From IMG/VR virus record IMGVR_UViG_3300023174_000034: DNA of 64,000 nucleotides, one strand, 5' to 3'. Within the stretch, counting starts at the first letter, position 1, and every line of letters begins with the position of its first letter. Below are positions 1-10,834 of the stretch, one piece after another. Made by a program: the position numbers and the translations under genes. Source of the stretch: a virus. Its lineage: Duplodnaviria; Heunggongvirae; Uroviricota; Caudoviricetes. Under the pieces are notes generated by a model, which made no database searches, had not been told where the DNA came from, and saw only the letters and a list, made by a program, of their open reading frames with translations.

Positions 1-2
1 CT

Positions 3-2564
3 GCAATTTCTATCACTGGCGCCAGCACAAATGCCACTGGAGCAGAAGTTGTTACTAGCATTAACTCTGCCTTTGCAGCCTCATATGGTGATGGTATTCG
101 CGCAGAAATTGACACCAACGGTCGTTTGGTAATTCGTGCCACCAGTGCCGCCAAGAGCAATGGCTCAACAGTGGACGGCAAAGTAACTATTACTGCCAGT
201 TCCGGCGCCGCGTCACTTGGCCTAACAGCAGCCACATACTACGCACCAATGTTGGACTTTGGTTCATATACAGATGTTCCGACATATGCAACTGGCGAAG
301 CTACTCCAGCACCAAGTGGTTCTATCTGGATCAAGACAAGTGCAACTGGCTCTGGAGCAAGCTGGGCTGTTAAAAAATACAACAGCACAACCGATAGTTG
401 GACCAAACTGGCAGCACCTTTGTATGCCAGCACACAAGAAGCCATTTACGGCCTAGACAGCCTAAATGGTGGATCAGGAATTGCTGATGGTGCAGTATTT
501 GTTCAGTACAGTTCATTAGATGGTTATCCAGCAACGTTCAAAGTGTTTGAACGTAACGGTTCAGGCCAAACTAAAGTAACTGGTGCTGTACCTAGTTCCA
601 ACTTTACAGTTGGTCACACATTCACACTAGCAGTATCTGCCGCAGGCAGCAGTACACTGACAGCTTACACATTCAGTGGTTCTTATGCTGTGGCCGGTAC
701 CAGCGTAGACAGCTTTGTTAGTTTGGTTCTTTCACGCAACATTCCAGATGTTTATGCCGTAAAAGAATCAACTGGTGCAATTAGCTTTATTCATCGTTCA
801 GGCGGCGAGATTGTGTTGATTGACACCACAGTAGGTTCAGGCAATCCAGTTGCCACAGCAGGTATCACAACCAACACAACCGGTATTGAATACGAGTACG
901 CTGGTACATACACTGGTAGCCTACGTGCCAGCAAGTGGACAGCACTTGGCACTGCGCTGACATTCAGCATTGAAACTCCTTACATCGCTCCACCAGCCGG
1001 CACATTATGGTACTACGGTAATGCAACTGAAGCTGACGTGATGGTCTGTGGTAGCAATGGCTGGAAAGGTTATCGTAACGTAACCAGCGATGCACGTGGT
1101 TACAACCTAAGCAACTCAGACCCAATGGGTCCAATCTTTAGTCCAACACAACCAACACTACAAAGTGACGGCACAAGTTTGGCAGCAGGTGATTTGTGGG
1201 TTGACACAGGTGACTTAGAAAACTTTCCATTATTGTATCGTTACAGTGGCACTACATGGACAGTGATTGACAAGACTGACAAAGTCAGCCAAAATGGTAT
1301 CGTATTTGCAGATGCACGATGGGATGCCAGCTTGGATGGCACTGGCGCCAGTGTCGGCGGCATTGTTGATCCAATCAGTGGTGACTTGCCAGACATTGAA
1401 ACAATGTTAACAAGCAATTATATCGATCTTGATTGCCCAGATTATCGCTTGTATCCACGTGGTACATTGCTATGGAACACACGCCGTAACGGCATGAACG
1501 TTAAAGAGTATGTGGCTGACAAGTTTACAGCAACCGCTTATCCAGATGCAATAGATGATGGTAGTAACATAGTAGGCACAATTCCAACTTATGCAAGTAC
1601 TTGGAGCAATGCAAGTGGTGTGCAAAGCAATGGCACACCATACCATGGCCATAAAGCACAACGTCAAATGGTTGTCAAGGCACTACGCAGTGCAGTTGAC
1701 AGTAACACAGACGTTCGTGAAGACCAATACAACTTTAATTTGATTGTGTGCCCTGGTTATCCAGAGTTGATTCCTAACATGGTTTCACTGAACAATGATC
1801 GCAATGAAACAGCATTTATCATTGGAGATACACCACTTGACTTGCAACCAACTACCACTGCACTAACTGAGTGGAGCAACACAGTCGAAACCAGCGCAAG
1901 TGTCTATGCTGGTGTGTACTACCCATCAGGATTGACAAATGATGTAAACGGCAACGAAATTGTTGTACCACCAAGCCACATGGCATTGCGTACATTCATC
2001 TATAGCGATAACATCAGCTATCCTTGGTTTGCACCTGCTGGCACACGCCGCGGTATTGTTGACAATGCCACAGCAATTGGTTATGTGAACTACACAACTG
2101 GTACGTTTGTACGCACTGGTATCACACAAGGCCAGCGTGACTCGCTGTATACATTGCGTATCAACCCAATCAGCTTGTTACCAGGTTCTGGCCTAACAGT
2201 ATACGGTAACAAGACACGTAGCTCAATCGCTCAAAGTACAGACCGTGTGAACGTAAGCCGTTTGACCAACTACATTCGTACAATCCTAACAAGTATCAGC
2301 AATGCTTATTTGTTTGAACCAAACGACAAGAGCACACGTGATCAAATCAAAACTGCAATTGAAGGTGCAATGAATGATTTGATTGCCAAGCGTGGTATCT
2401 ATGACTACCTGGTGGTATGTGATACTAGCAACAACACAAGCGCTCGAATTGCTCGTAACGAGTTGTATGTTGACATTGCTATTGAGCCAATGAAAGATGT
2501 TGAATTTATTTACATCCCAATTCGCTTGAAGAACCCAGGTGAAATCGCAACGGGCGGTAAGTAA
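3..2564 (+). CDS. Contractile tail sheath protein (T4 gp18-like), 5'-truncated by the window edge
   Basis: Frame is open from base 3. C-terminal sheath motifs: PWFAPAG..RG, RDSLYTLRINPI, VYGNKT, DRVNVSRL, FEPND, VVCDTSNNT. Confidence 0.93.
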   Translation, partial: AISITGASTNATGAEVVTSINSAFAASYGDGIRAEIDTNGRLVIRATSAAKSNGSTVDGKVTITASSGAASLGLTAATYYAPMLDFGSYTDVPTYATGEATPAPSGSIWIKTSATGSGASWAVKKYNSTTDSWTKLAAPLYASTQEAIYGLDSLNGGSGIADGAVFVQYSSLDGYPATFKVFERNGSGQTKVTGAVPSSNFTVGHTFTLAVSAAGSSTLTAYTFSGSYAVAGTSVDSFVSLVLSRNIPDVYAVKESTGAISFIHRSGGEIVLIDTTVGSGNPVATAGITTNTTGIEYEYAGTYTGSLRASKWTALGTALTFSIETPYIAPPAGTLWYYGNATEADVMVCGSNGWKGYRNVTSDARGYNLSNSDPMGPIFSPTQPTLQSDGTSLAAGDLWVDTGDLENFPLLYRYSGTTWTVIDKTDKVSQNGIVFADARWDASLDGTGASVGGIVDPISGDLPDIETMLTSNYIDLDCPDYRLYPRGTLLWNTRRNGMNVKEYVADKFTATAYPDAIDDGSNIVGTIPTYASTWSNASGVQSNGTPYHGHKAQRQMVVKALRSAVDSNTDVREDQYNFNLIVCPGYPELIPNMVSLNNDRNETAFIIGDTPLDLQPTTTALTEWSNTVETSASVYAGVYYPSGLTNDVNGNEIVVPPSHMALRTFIYSDNISYPWFAPAGTRRGIVDNATAIGYVNYTTGTFVRTGITQGQRDSLYTLRINPISLLPGSGLTVYGNKTRSSIAQSTDRVNVSRLTNYIRTILTSISNAYLFEPNDKSTRDQIKTAIEGAMNDLIAKRGIYDYLVVCDTSNNTSARIARNELYVDIAIEPMKDVEFIYIPIRLKNPGEIATGGK

Positions 2565-2645
2565 TAGTGGTACATAATGGAACACCTGGTGTGTTCCATT
2601 AACTACCCAAAACAAGGTAAATAAGAGTAATAGGAGATTATTAAA

Positions 2646-3260
2646 ATGGCTGTTGCATCATTATCAAAATTCACAGTACCGTTGGCCACTAACCAAAGTG
2701 CGTCAGCACAAGGTCTGTTGATGCCAAAACTGGCCTATAGATTCCGTATCACATTTAATGGTTTTGGTGTAAGCAATCCAAAAACTGAATTAACCAAACA
2801 AATAATGGACTTCACTCGTCCACAAGTACAGTTTGATGAAATCACAGTTGATGCTTATAACAGCCGCGTTAAGTTAATTGGTAAGCCAGCTTGGCAAGAC
2901 ATCACAATTAACTTGCGTGACGACGCACCGGGCAATGTGAGCAGACTCGTAGGCGAACAACTTCAGAAACAATTTGACTTCATGGAACAAGCTTCGGCTG
3001 CTTCTGGTATTGATTACAAATTTATCACAATTTGTGAAATGCTAGACGGTGGCAATGGTGCCAACACACCTAACGTTCTTGAAACATGGGAAATTTATGG
3101 TTGCTTGTTGAGTGCAGTTAACTACGGTGAAATGAACTACACAACAAACGATCCGGTTAAAATTGCTTTAACATTGAAGTACGACAATGCTATCCAGACA
3201 CAGGGTGTTGCTGGTATTGGAGCGGCAATTGGCCGATCACTAGGTACAACAATCAACTAA
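2646..3260 (+). CDS. Tail tube protein (gp19-like)
   Basis: Follows the sheath gene; 204 aa; RFRITF, GKPAWQDITINLRDD and WEIYGC..AVNYGEMNY pattern; SD GGAGA. Confidence 0.85.
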   Translation: MAVASLSKFTVPLATNQSASAQGLLMPKLAYRFRITFNGFGVSNPKTELTKQIMDFTRPQVQFDEITVDAYNSRVKLIGKPAWQDITINLRDDAPGNVSRLVGEQLQKQFDFMEQASAASGIDYKFITICEMLDGGNGANTPNVLETWEIYGCLLSAVNYGEMNYTTNDPVKIALTLKYDNAIQTQGVAGIGAAIGRSLGTTIN

Positions 3261-3282
3261 TTGTTGCTTAGATGAAAAACTC

Positions 3283-3312
3283 AAAAAGCCTGGAAATACC
3301 AGGCTTTTTTTT
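3283..3312 (+). terminator. Rho-independent terminator
   Basis: AAAAAGCCTGG-AAATA-CCAGGCTTTTTTTT. Confidence 0.85.
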
Positions 3313-3343
3313 GTTCATAAATAGTTGATATAAAGGAATTGTT

Positions 3344-5287
3344 ATGGCCGGTATAATGGATACCATTCTGCAGGGGCTTGCCTCTACAGACAATGTTAAA
3401 ACGTATCAACATGCTACCCGCATATTTGTGGACAGCAATCTGTTGCGTAGTCCAAAATATGCATTCCTGTTTTATGTAATTTTTGACTACGATGATTCGG
3501 AAAATGGATTAGCTACTCCTGCGAGTCGCGCAGTACAAATAGGCGCACTGTGTAAGTCTGCACAGCTACCTAAGTTTACCATAGAGACGCAGACCAACAA
3601 TGCCTACAATAGACAGAACATCACACAGAAACGTATCAAATATGAACCTATCAATTTGAAGTTCCACGACGATAGCGATGATATCATTCGAGAGTTTTGG
3701 TATGATTACATGAGCTTTTACTACAGAGACAGCGATTATCAAACACCGATTTATAACCAAGAGCACAAATATTCTGATAGACAAAAAGATACTTGGGGCT
3801 ACGGCCTGCGTACACAACAAGATGGCGCACCACCCAAAGCTAACGCTTACAAACCATTGAAAGCCATTCGTATCTATAGTTTCTATAGAAAGCGTTTCAG
3901 TGAGTATATGTTGATCAATCCTACCATTACTTCGTTCCGACACGGAGAGCACACAAACGAGGGTTCTGGTTTGTTGGAACACGAAATGACTGTGCAGTAT
4001 GAAGCAGTCAAGTATGCAGTTGGATATGTGTCTTCAGACATATTTGGTGATAGCATGTTATTGTTGTATGATCGTGCTCCTAGCTCATTGAGTGCAGGCA
4101 GCACCAGGAGCATTTTTGGAGCAGGTGGTTTGGTTGGAACGATTGATAGTACTTTCCAAGACTTGGCCAATGGTAACTATGCGGCAGCGTTCTTGAAGAT
4201 AAATCGTGCTACTCAAACATTCAAAGGAGCAAATCTTGAAGAAGTACTTCGTGCCGAAAGTGCCGATAACCTACTGAATCGAGCCATGCAACGTGGAACC
4301 AATCCATTGAGTACAGTCAATGCACCTTACATTGGAGGTTCAAGTTCGCTAGGCCTTGGATTGATTGCATATGCCGCGGGCGGAGTGGCACAAACATCGA
4401 CCACCGGCCAACAAAATAATATTGGACCACAAATAACTATAGCAAGAAGTACGCCAGCAAGGATTGATCAAGCCAGTCCGTCGGCCGACTATCGGGCTGT
4501 GTCTGGCGGGCAGTATGTTACACAAGCATATAGACCAGTACAACAAAAGCCACAGTTTCCTCTGCTACCTACTATTGTGCCAACAGTTAGAAATGGAGTA
4601 AGGTCCACAGCAATATCTAATGTAACTGCATCAGAAGTAGCAAGTCAGAATATCAACTTGAATAAATCTAGCACAGTGATAAGTGGATCTAAACAAGGCA
4701 CTCCTGCAATACAAGTACCTCCTAAAATGCCAACGCTGGCAGATACTGATCCAGCAGTAATTGGATTGACTATACCAGCAACACTAGACGAAATTGATGG
4801 AGCAACTGATACTGCTCGTATTGCAAAATGTAATGCACAACTTCAACGACTAATGTCAGGCTCTTCGGTACAAAAATTGTTGGCAAATGATCGAGAAAAT
4901 AAAAGAGCCGCTGATATACTGGTACAAAATGCTTTTACACCTGGCATTGGCGCATCAACTTATGGCAGTGAAGAAGCTTGGTTGGCCATAAAAGAAACAT
5001 TGCTAACAAAACTGGAACAGCTTGGCACGCCAGACACTCAAAATATTGTAGCAGAGTGGACACAACTTAAATTAAAATTACAAGCAGCCGCCGATGCCGG
5101 AGACAAAACTACACTAAAAGGATTGCTAGAAGAACTATCAACATTTGGAAAAACTTTAGCCATACGCTCGGCCTATAAAAATCTAATAGATATGGTGGCA
5201 TTGTCAAATGACATAGCAAGTATTGCCAACGGTGACGCGGCAACTGCAATTAGTTTTGATATCAAGAATTACTGGATTACCTCATGA
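3344..5287 (+). CDS. Tail-tube-related/baseplate protein with long C-terminal extension
   Basis: N-terminal tube-like pattern (KSAQLPKF..YNR..KIKYEPINLKFHDD..EMTVQYE); late motif ATAAATA at 3317. Confidence 0.6.
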   Translation: MAGIMDTILQGLASTDNVKTYQHATRIFVDSNLLRSPKYAFLFYVIFDYDDSENGLATPASRAVQIGALCKSAQLPKFTIETQTNNAYNRQNITQKRIKYEPINLKFHDDSDDIIREFWYDYMSFYYRDSDYQTPIYNQEHKYSDRQKDTWGYGLRTQQDGAPPKANAYKPLKAIRIYSFYRKRFSEYMLINPTITSFRHGEHTNEGSGLLEHEMTVQYEAVKYAVGYVSSDIFGDSMLLLYDRAPSSLSAGSTRSIFGAGGLVGTIDSTFQDLANGNYAAAFLKINRATQTFKGANLEEVLRAESADNLLNRAMQRGTNPLSTVNAPYIGGSSSLGLGLIAYAAGGVAQTSTTGQQNNIGPQITIARSTPARIDQASPSADYRAVSGGQYVTQAYRPVQQKPQFPLLPTIVPTVRNGVRSTAISNVTASEVASQNINLNKSSTVISGSKQGTPAIQVPPKMPTLADTDPAVIGLTIPATLDEIDGATDTARIAKCNAQLQRLMSGSSVQKLLANDRENKRAADILVQNAFTPGIGASTYGSEEAWLAIKETLLTKLEQLGTPDTQNIVAEWTQLKLKLQAAADAGDKTTLKGLLEELSTFGKTLAIRSAYKNLIDMVALSNDIASIANGDAATAISFDIKNYWITS

Positions 5288-5667
5288 GCTATACCAACAA
5301 CCTATCAACCCCTGAACTAACACGGACATCTACAGAAAGACAGGATACTGACACATACTTTAGTAATGTTTACAAGCCTTTATTCAATGCAAGTCCTGAT
5401 CAAGCGGCAGCATTACAAACATACTTTGAAGGGGTAACCAATGACAAAGAAAGTGCAAGGCTATTGACAACGTCTGTGATTTACACAGCACTAAGTCAAA
5501 ATATAAATCCAATGACTGTGCTGGCGGATTTCAAAAAAATAAATCAAGGCGAATTAGATTTGTATCTAGCGACCTTTCTTAATTTTAGTCGAGTCAACTC
5601 TAGCCTGTTGGGAGTGATTAGCACTCCTGGCATCAACATCTTTGTACAAAGAAGCGTACTGGCATAA
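5284..5667 (+). CDS. Hypothetical protein (structural cluster)
   Basis: ATGA overlap with the upstream gene; 127 aa. Confidence 0.6.
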   Translation: MSYTNNLSTPELTRTSTERQDTDTYFSNVYKPLFNASPDQAAALQTYFEGVTNDKESARLLTTSVIYTALSQNINPMTVLADFKKINQGELDLYLATFLNFSRVNSSLLGVISTPGINIFVQRSVLA

Positions 5668-5668
5668 A

Positions 5669-6106
5669 ATGGCACGTAACTATGCACAGGGCAAGTTTCA
5701 GGTCAAAAACCCGGGCAAGTATATAGGCAAAGGTGCTCCCACATATCGATCTGGCTGGGAATTTTCGTTCATGCAATTTTGCGATAACAATCCGTCCATC
5801 CTGCAATGGGCCAGTGAAGCAATTAACATTCCCTATCGTAATCCGTTCACAGGCAAAAACACAGTGTATGTTCCAGACTTCTTGATCATTTATGTAAACA
5901 ACAAAGGCCAAAAGCTGGCTGAAGTAATTGAAGTCAAGCCGTCAACTGAAACAACTCTTGAAGCCGCACGTAGTCCACGTGACAGAGCATACGTGGCACT
6001 CAATATGGCCAAATGGCAGGCCGCCACAGCATGGTGCCGCAACCAAGGATTAAAATTTCGAGTGGTTACGGAGAATGAGATTTTCCACCAAGGTAAAAAG
6101 CGGTAA
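5669..6106 (+). CDS. Head completion nuclease (T4 gp4-like, TnsA-type endonuclease fold)
   Basis: KYIG..YRSGWE, WASE..IPY, YVPDF, IEVKP, NMAKWQAA motifs; start moved to MARNY. Confidence 0.88.
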   Translation: MARNYAQGKFQVKNPGKYIGKGAPTYRSGWEFSFMQFCDNNPSILQWASEAINIPYRNPFTGKNTVYVPDFLIIYVNNKGQKLAEVIEVKPSTETTLEAARSPRDRAYVALNMAKWQAATAWCRNQGLKFRVVTENEIFHQGKKR

Positions 6107-6114
6107 ATATCAGC

Positions 6115-6606
6115 ATGACTAAGAAATTAGAACAACTGTTTGATCTGCCCTCTCTGGAGATAACACCTGACAATCAGGAAGATATACATTCTCACATGGA
6201 GCATATAAACGATATCAATGATGCAATTGACAAGATTGATGCGGCTTTGCCTGGTGTGCGTGATCTAGAAGTTGCAGATGGCGAAATGGACGAACTAGCA
6301 ACCATGGCCACAGACAAGTTCAATGACCTAATGGATTTGGGCATGAATGTAGAAGCTCGTTATGCCGGTGCTATTTTCCAAACTGCCGGCGTGTTGCTAG
6401 GACATGCTATTACAGCCAAACAGGCAAAGCTAGACAAAAAACTACGCATGGTAGATCTACAGCTTAAAAAGCTACGGATTGATCAAGTATCACGCAAAGA
6501 AGGCACTGCTGAAGTTCCTGTAGACGGGCAAGGTGTGGTTGTGGACCGCAATACCCTGCTACGAGAGATACTCCAAGGGCAGGCTAAAAAACCTGCAAAC
6601 GAATAA
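6115..6606 (+). CDS. Hypothetical helical protein, possibly terminase small subunit
   Basis: Size, coiled-coil character and position among head genes; the function is inference only. Confidence 0.45.
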   Translation: MTKKLEQLFDLPSLEITPDNQEDIHSHMEHINDINDAIDKIDAALPGVRDLEVADGEMDELATMATDKFNDLMDLGMNVEARYAGAIFQTAGVLLGHAITAKQAKLDKKLRMVDLQLKKLRIDQVSRKEGTAEVPVDGQGVVVDRNTLLREILQGQAKKPANE

Positions 6607-6627
6607 ATACTGCAATAGGATCCGGAC

Positions 6628-7233
6628 ATGAAAGCATTTAAGGCATATCTTACAGAAAGCAAGCGCACATACGATTTTCGTGTGCGTATAGCCAACTGCG
6701 ATTTGACTTCAGATTTACTAGACAAAATTGAGCTTGGACTCAAAGCATTTGATCTAGCTGATATCACGAAGCCAAAAAGTCAACCAGTGACTCACTGCAA
6801 TGAATTTGCGGCGCTAGGTCCGGTTGCACGAGAACAGTTTGAAATCAAACTAAATTACCCAACTACCAATGAAGGTGTACGTTCTTGCATACATCGTTGT
6901 AGTGGTATTCCTGAACAGCAGATTGTAGTGCGTGGAGTGATGGAAGACGATATGGTCACTGACGAGACCAGCGGCGATATGTCAGTTAACATTGGCAACG
7001 ACGAATTAAAAGATCAACCAGGCGCCCAGGAACATGTTGGCACCAAGCGCAAAGAAAGTTTGCTAAAGCAATTGATTGCTGACCGCACAGAGCCAACACA
7101 ACAAACTGGCGTGAATGACCAAATCCTGGCCAAGTCTCTGCACAAAGAGACAGCCCCCAAAGCTGATGCTACACAAAACAATACTAGTCCTGTGAGCAAG
7201 CCCAAACACAAGATAAACCCACGAGGAAAATAA
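6628..7233 (+). CDS. Hypothetical virion protein
   Basis: Late motif ATAAATA at 6603; N-terminus MKAFKAYLTE resembles a prohead-protease-cleaved leader. Confidence 0.6.
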   Translation: MKAFKAYLTESKRTYDFRVRIANCDLTSDLLDKIELGLKAFDLADITKPKSQPVTHCNEFAALGPVAREQFEIKLNYPTTNEGVRSCIHRCSGIPEQQIVVRGVMEDDMVTDETSGDMSVNIGNDELKDQPGAQEHVGTKRKESLLKQLIADRTEPTQQTGVNDQILAKSLHKETAPKADATQNNTSPVSKPKHKINPRGK

Positions 7234-7235
7234 AC

Positions 7236-9863
7236 ATGAGTAAGCATGACAACATTTACAGTATTCTTGGCAAGTTAGCCTCGCTGGAACCACAGCCTCC
7301 CAAGCAACAGAATATTCTCAAACAACTGAACGAAAGCGCAGTTGTTGCCACCAATCCACTTTCACTGAAAGACCGCCTGGCACAAAAGCTGGCTGAAACA
7401 AAAGAAGTCGACGAAGACATGCTGGCTCCTAAACAGAAAAAGCTGGACAAAAATGACAATGGCAAGATTGATGCCAATGACCTAGCCGCACTACGTGCCG
7501 GCAAAACCAAAGAAAAAGAAGGCAACGAATTCTCAGGTGAATTAGCCAAAGCCAAAGCTCAGCACAAAGACAGTTTTAGTGTTGATGGTAAAACTTATCC
7601 TGTTAAAGAAGCTGAAGAGCACACAATGAGTCGTGCTGCCAAAGGTTATGAAAAGTATGGCAAAGAAGGCATGCAAGCATTAGCTAAGGCAGGTAAAGAA
7701 GGCAAAGACCTTGACAAGGTCAGAGACAAGTACAACAAATACAAAGACGACGTCAACGAAGGTGAATACCAAGACGGCCCTAACAAGAGTGATGTTCCTG
7801 CTTTCCAACGCAAAGCCAAAGCCGCTCCTGGCGACGACAGCTGGAAGACATCACAACAAGACCTAGACGACGAAGCCAGCAAGAGCCCAACCGGTGCCGC
7901 AGGTTTGGCCAAAGCCAAAGCACGACTAGGTATGAATGAGGCAATTGATTTTGATAAAGTATTAGATGCTATTGCCGCGTTGTATGGTGAAGACATGTGG
8001 GAAAATGATGCCATGCAAGATCTAGCCCAAGAGCTTGAGCAAGCAGGTCCAACTGATAAAGAATTGGATTTTATTATTGCCAAAGGTAAGTTGCCAAAGC
8101 GTCTGGCTGGTATTCAATTCTCTGCAGGCGATAGTGTGCAGTTTGGCGAAGGCGGAATGCGTGAAGAACAGTACGACGAGAATAATGCACATTCATCATT
8201 ACCGGGCACACGTCGGGTATCTGATGAAGAGCACAGTGAGTATGATGCAGCCGCACACACAGTTCGTAAGTGGATGCGTAAGCGTGGTTGGGATCCAAAG
8301 TCAGAATTCAAACCAGCAATGAAATATATCATTGACAATCTTGACGCTACACACGACGACACACTAACTGATGATGTCAAGATGGCAGCTTGCACCTGCC
8401 GCAAGCATCATGGCGGAATTGTTGACGAAGGGTGGGACGACATGATGAAGTCTGTCAAAGACCGTTCTGAACAAGGCACAGGTAAGTTTGATGTACAAAA
8501 AACATCAACAGGCACACGCTACACACGCAAGCCAGAAACATTTGACAGTGGTGACGATGATGGCGAAGAAAAAAGCACAAGCGACGGTCCTAAGAAAAAA
8601 GGTCGTCCTGCTAAAGCCAAAGCACCAGAGCGTACAACAAGCAAAGCATGGAAACACAAAGGTGCCCGTGTAACAGAAGCAATCAATCTAGAAACATACG
8701 TAGAAGATACCATGGCAGAAATTGAAGCATTGTTCATTATCGAAAAAGATATGGGCAAGCACAACAATGCTACCACAGGATTCAAGGCACTCGCAAAAAA
8801 AGCGGGCGGCGGTGAAAAGGGCCAACGAATCGCCGGCGCACAATTTCAGAAAATGAAAAAGGCCGGACAGTTAGAAGAAGCAGTGTTAACTGAAAGCACA
8901 TTACAATCTATTGTGCGTAAGTTTGGTAAAGAAGTACGTGAGTTTGCAGAAGGTGGCGATTTTGATCAAGACCTGTTTGAAGCATTGTATGACTACTACT
9001 TTGATGACATGCCATATGGTGTGAAGAAAGCACGTGACGGAGATCCATATGAATGGGTGGCTGATCACTTCCATGACGCTATTCAAAGTGGCGACGTAGA
9101 AATCAACGAAACAAAAGTAGGTCATAAAGATCTAGACGAACTTGCCGCATTGGCAGGTATCGGTGGCAAACAACAAATGGAATCAAGTTGCAACATGACA
9201 GCAGAAGGCCAAATGTGTCCGGAACACGGCATGGTTGAATGCGGCGGCATGATGTATGAAGGCGAAGAAAAGCCAGACTTCTTGGATGTTGACAAAGACG
9301 ATGATAAAGAAGAGCCAATGAAAAAAGCCATTGGCGACAAGTGGAAGCCAGCTAAAACCTCCAACGCATTCACGCAGACAGCACCTTATCCGTCCTTCAA
9401 GAAAAAGAATCCAGTTAGTAACAAAAAAGAAGAACTTGAAGAATGTGGCATGCCCCCAATGGGCGGTATGGTGGGCACTGAAGAAGCAGAGTCTGGAATG
9501 AGCATCAATACTAGCATGGATACCAAGACTGGTCGTAAGACTGTTACTGTAACAGCCGATGGTGAAGCTGCCGAAGAACTAGCATCTATGCTACGCATGG
9601 CTGGTATGGGTGGCGCACAGTCTCAACCACAGCAGAAACACATTGATGTGGTTATTGGTCGCCCAGGTGGCCAAGAAGTTGACGAAGAATATGCCAATGA
9701 ACCTAATGTTCAAAACGGATCAACTCGTGCTATCATGCAACAAGGCAATGACTTGAACAAACCAAAGTCCATGTACAAGCACAACTACAGAGGTGGCGAC
9801 AATCCAATGTCAATGAAAGAAGACAAGTTGTTCAAATTATATGATGCAATGAAATCCAGGTAA
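7236..9863 (+). CDS. Large acidic/lysine-rich putative internal head or scaffold protein
   Basis: 875 aa, low complexity, recurring [LIVM]-x-E motifs, EF-hand-like DKNDNGKID. Confidence 0.6.
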   Translation: MSKHDNIYSILGKLASLEPQPPKQQNILKQLNESAVVATNPLSLKDRLAQKLAETKEVDEDMLAPKQKKLDKNDNGKIDANDLAALRAGKTKEKEGNEFSGELAKAKAQHKDSFSVDGKTYPVKEAEEHTMSRAAKGYEKYGKEGMQALAKAGKEGKDLDKVRDKYNKYKDDVNEGEYQDGPNKSDVPAFQRKAKAAPGDDSWKTSQQDLDDEASKSPTGAAGLAKAKARLGMNEAIDFDKVLDAIAALYGEDMWENDAMQDLAQELEQAGPTDKELDFIIAKGKLPKRLAGIQFSAGDSVQFGEGGMREEQYDENNAHSSLPGTRRVSDEEHSEYDAAAHTVRKWMRKRGWDPKSEFKPAMKYIIDNLDATHDDTLTDDVKMAACTCRKHHGGIVDEGWDDMMKSVKDRSEQGTGKFDVQKTSTGTRYTRKPETFDSGDDDGEEKSTSDGPKKKGRPAKAKAPERTTSKAWKHKGARVTEAINLETYVEDTMAEIEALFIIEKDMGKHNNATTGFKALAKKAGGGEKGQRIAGAQFQKMKKAGQLEEAVLTESTLQSIVRKFGKEVREFAEGGDFDQDLFEALYDYYFDDMPYGVKKARDGDPYEWVADHFHDAIQSGDVEINETKVGHKDLDELAALAGIGGKQQMESSCNMTAEGQMCPEHGMVECGGMMYEGEEKPDFLDVDKDDDKEEPMKKAIGDKWKPAKTSNAFTQTAPYPSFKKKNPVSNKKEELEECGMPPMGGMVGTEEAESGMSINTSMDTKTGRKTVTVTADGEAAEELASMLRMAGMGGAQSQPQQKHIDVVIGRPGGQEVDEEYANEPNVQNGSTRAIMQQGNDLNKPKSMYKHNYRGGDNPMSMKEDKLFKLYDAMKSR

Positions 9864-9882
9864 TTCAAAACTACTGCCAAAC

Positions 9883-9917
9883 AAAGCCCTTGATAAGTAA
9901 TTACTCAAGGGCTTTTT
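9883..9917 (+). terminator. Rho-independent terminator
   Basis: AAAGCCCTTGA...TCAAGGGCTTTTT. Confidence 0.75.
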
Positions 9918-9918
9918 C

Positions 9919-10815
9919 ATGAAACGTTATCAATTTTTCAAAATGTTACTACAGGTATCATACAGTTGCAACATGAGTTGCAAGGGCTGTGTGACTGTGA
10001 GCGACATTCCACGCGACGGTGTACAGGACTATGACGAAGTAGTACAGTCAATTGAAGAATGGAGCAAAGTACTCGAGCCAGAATGGGTAATGATATTTGG
10101 CGGTGAACCACTCATGCACCCGCGTATCAAAGACATCACTAGACAAGTTCGCAAGCACTGGCCTAACGCACGTATTAGTATTCCTACCAATGGACTATTG
10201 CTACGCCGTATAATGGATACAGATTGGATAACAGAAGTACAGCCATTGGAAGTGCGAGTGAGCCTGCACAAGGACGACAAAGAAGGACGATTTTTCAAAG
10301 GGTTGATCTCAGACTTTATGGAAATGTATACTGGGTGGAAACCAAACACTCGCCCTATAGGAGAAGCAGGATTACAACCCGGAGAAGGAATTGAATTTAA
10401 GTTTAATTTTATACACGACTCTGGACTTAGTATTGCAGTTAGTCAAAACGAAGAATATATCGTTCCTTATACATTTGATGAATACGGAAACAAAGCACCT
10501 TTTGCCAGCGACCCAGTCAAAGCACAAAAACGTTGTGTGAGTCCTGAGCTGGTGTTTATATACAAAAATCTGTTATGGAAGTGCATACCTTACCCAAATC
10601 TCAAAGACACTGAGTCAGACTTTACAACCAAATGGCCAGAGTATGTTCCTTACCGACCAACTGACGACCTTACTAAGTTTTTCTATAACGTAACACGAGC
10701 TGAATCAGTGTGCAGTATGTGCCCAGAGTCCGGAACAATGATGCACAACGATCCAAGTGTGGTTAAAATTTTACCTAAATCAAAATGGATTGAAGCACAA
10801 ATCAAGGCTAAATAA
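9919..10815 (+). CDS. Radical SAM enzyme
   Basis: CNMSCKGC (CxxxCxxC), GGEPLMHP, TNG, C-terminal CxxC. Confidence 0.88.
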   Translation: MKRYQFFKMLLQVSYSCNMSCKGCVTVSDIPRDGVQDYDEVVQSIEEWSKVLEPEWVMIFGGEPLMHPRIKDITRQVRKHWPNARISIPTNGLLLRRIMDTDWITEVQPLEVRVSLHKDDKEGRFFKGLISDFMEMYTGWKPNTRPIGEAGLQPGEGIEFKFNFIHDSGLSIAVSQNEEYIVPYTFDEYGNKAPFASDPVKAQKRCVSPELVFIYKNLLWKCIPYPNLKDTESDFTTKWPEYVPYRPTDDLTKFFYNVTRAESVCSMCPESGTMMHNDPSVVKILPKSKWIEAQIKAK

Positions 10816-10834
10816 TCGATAACGGAGAGTTTCA

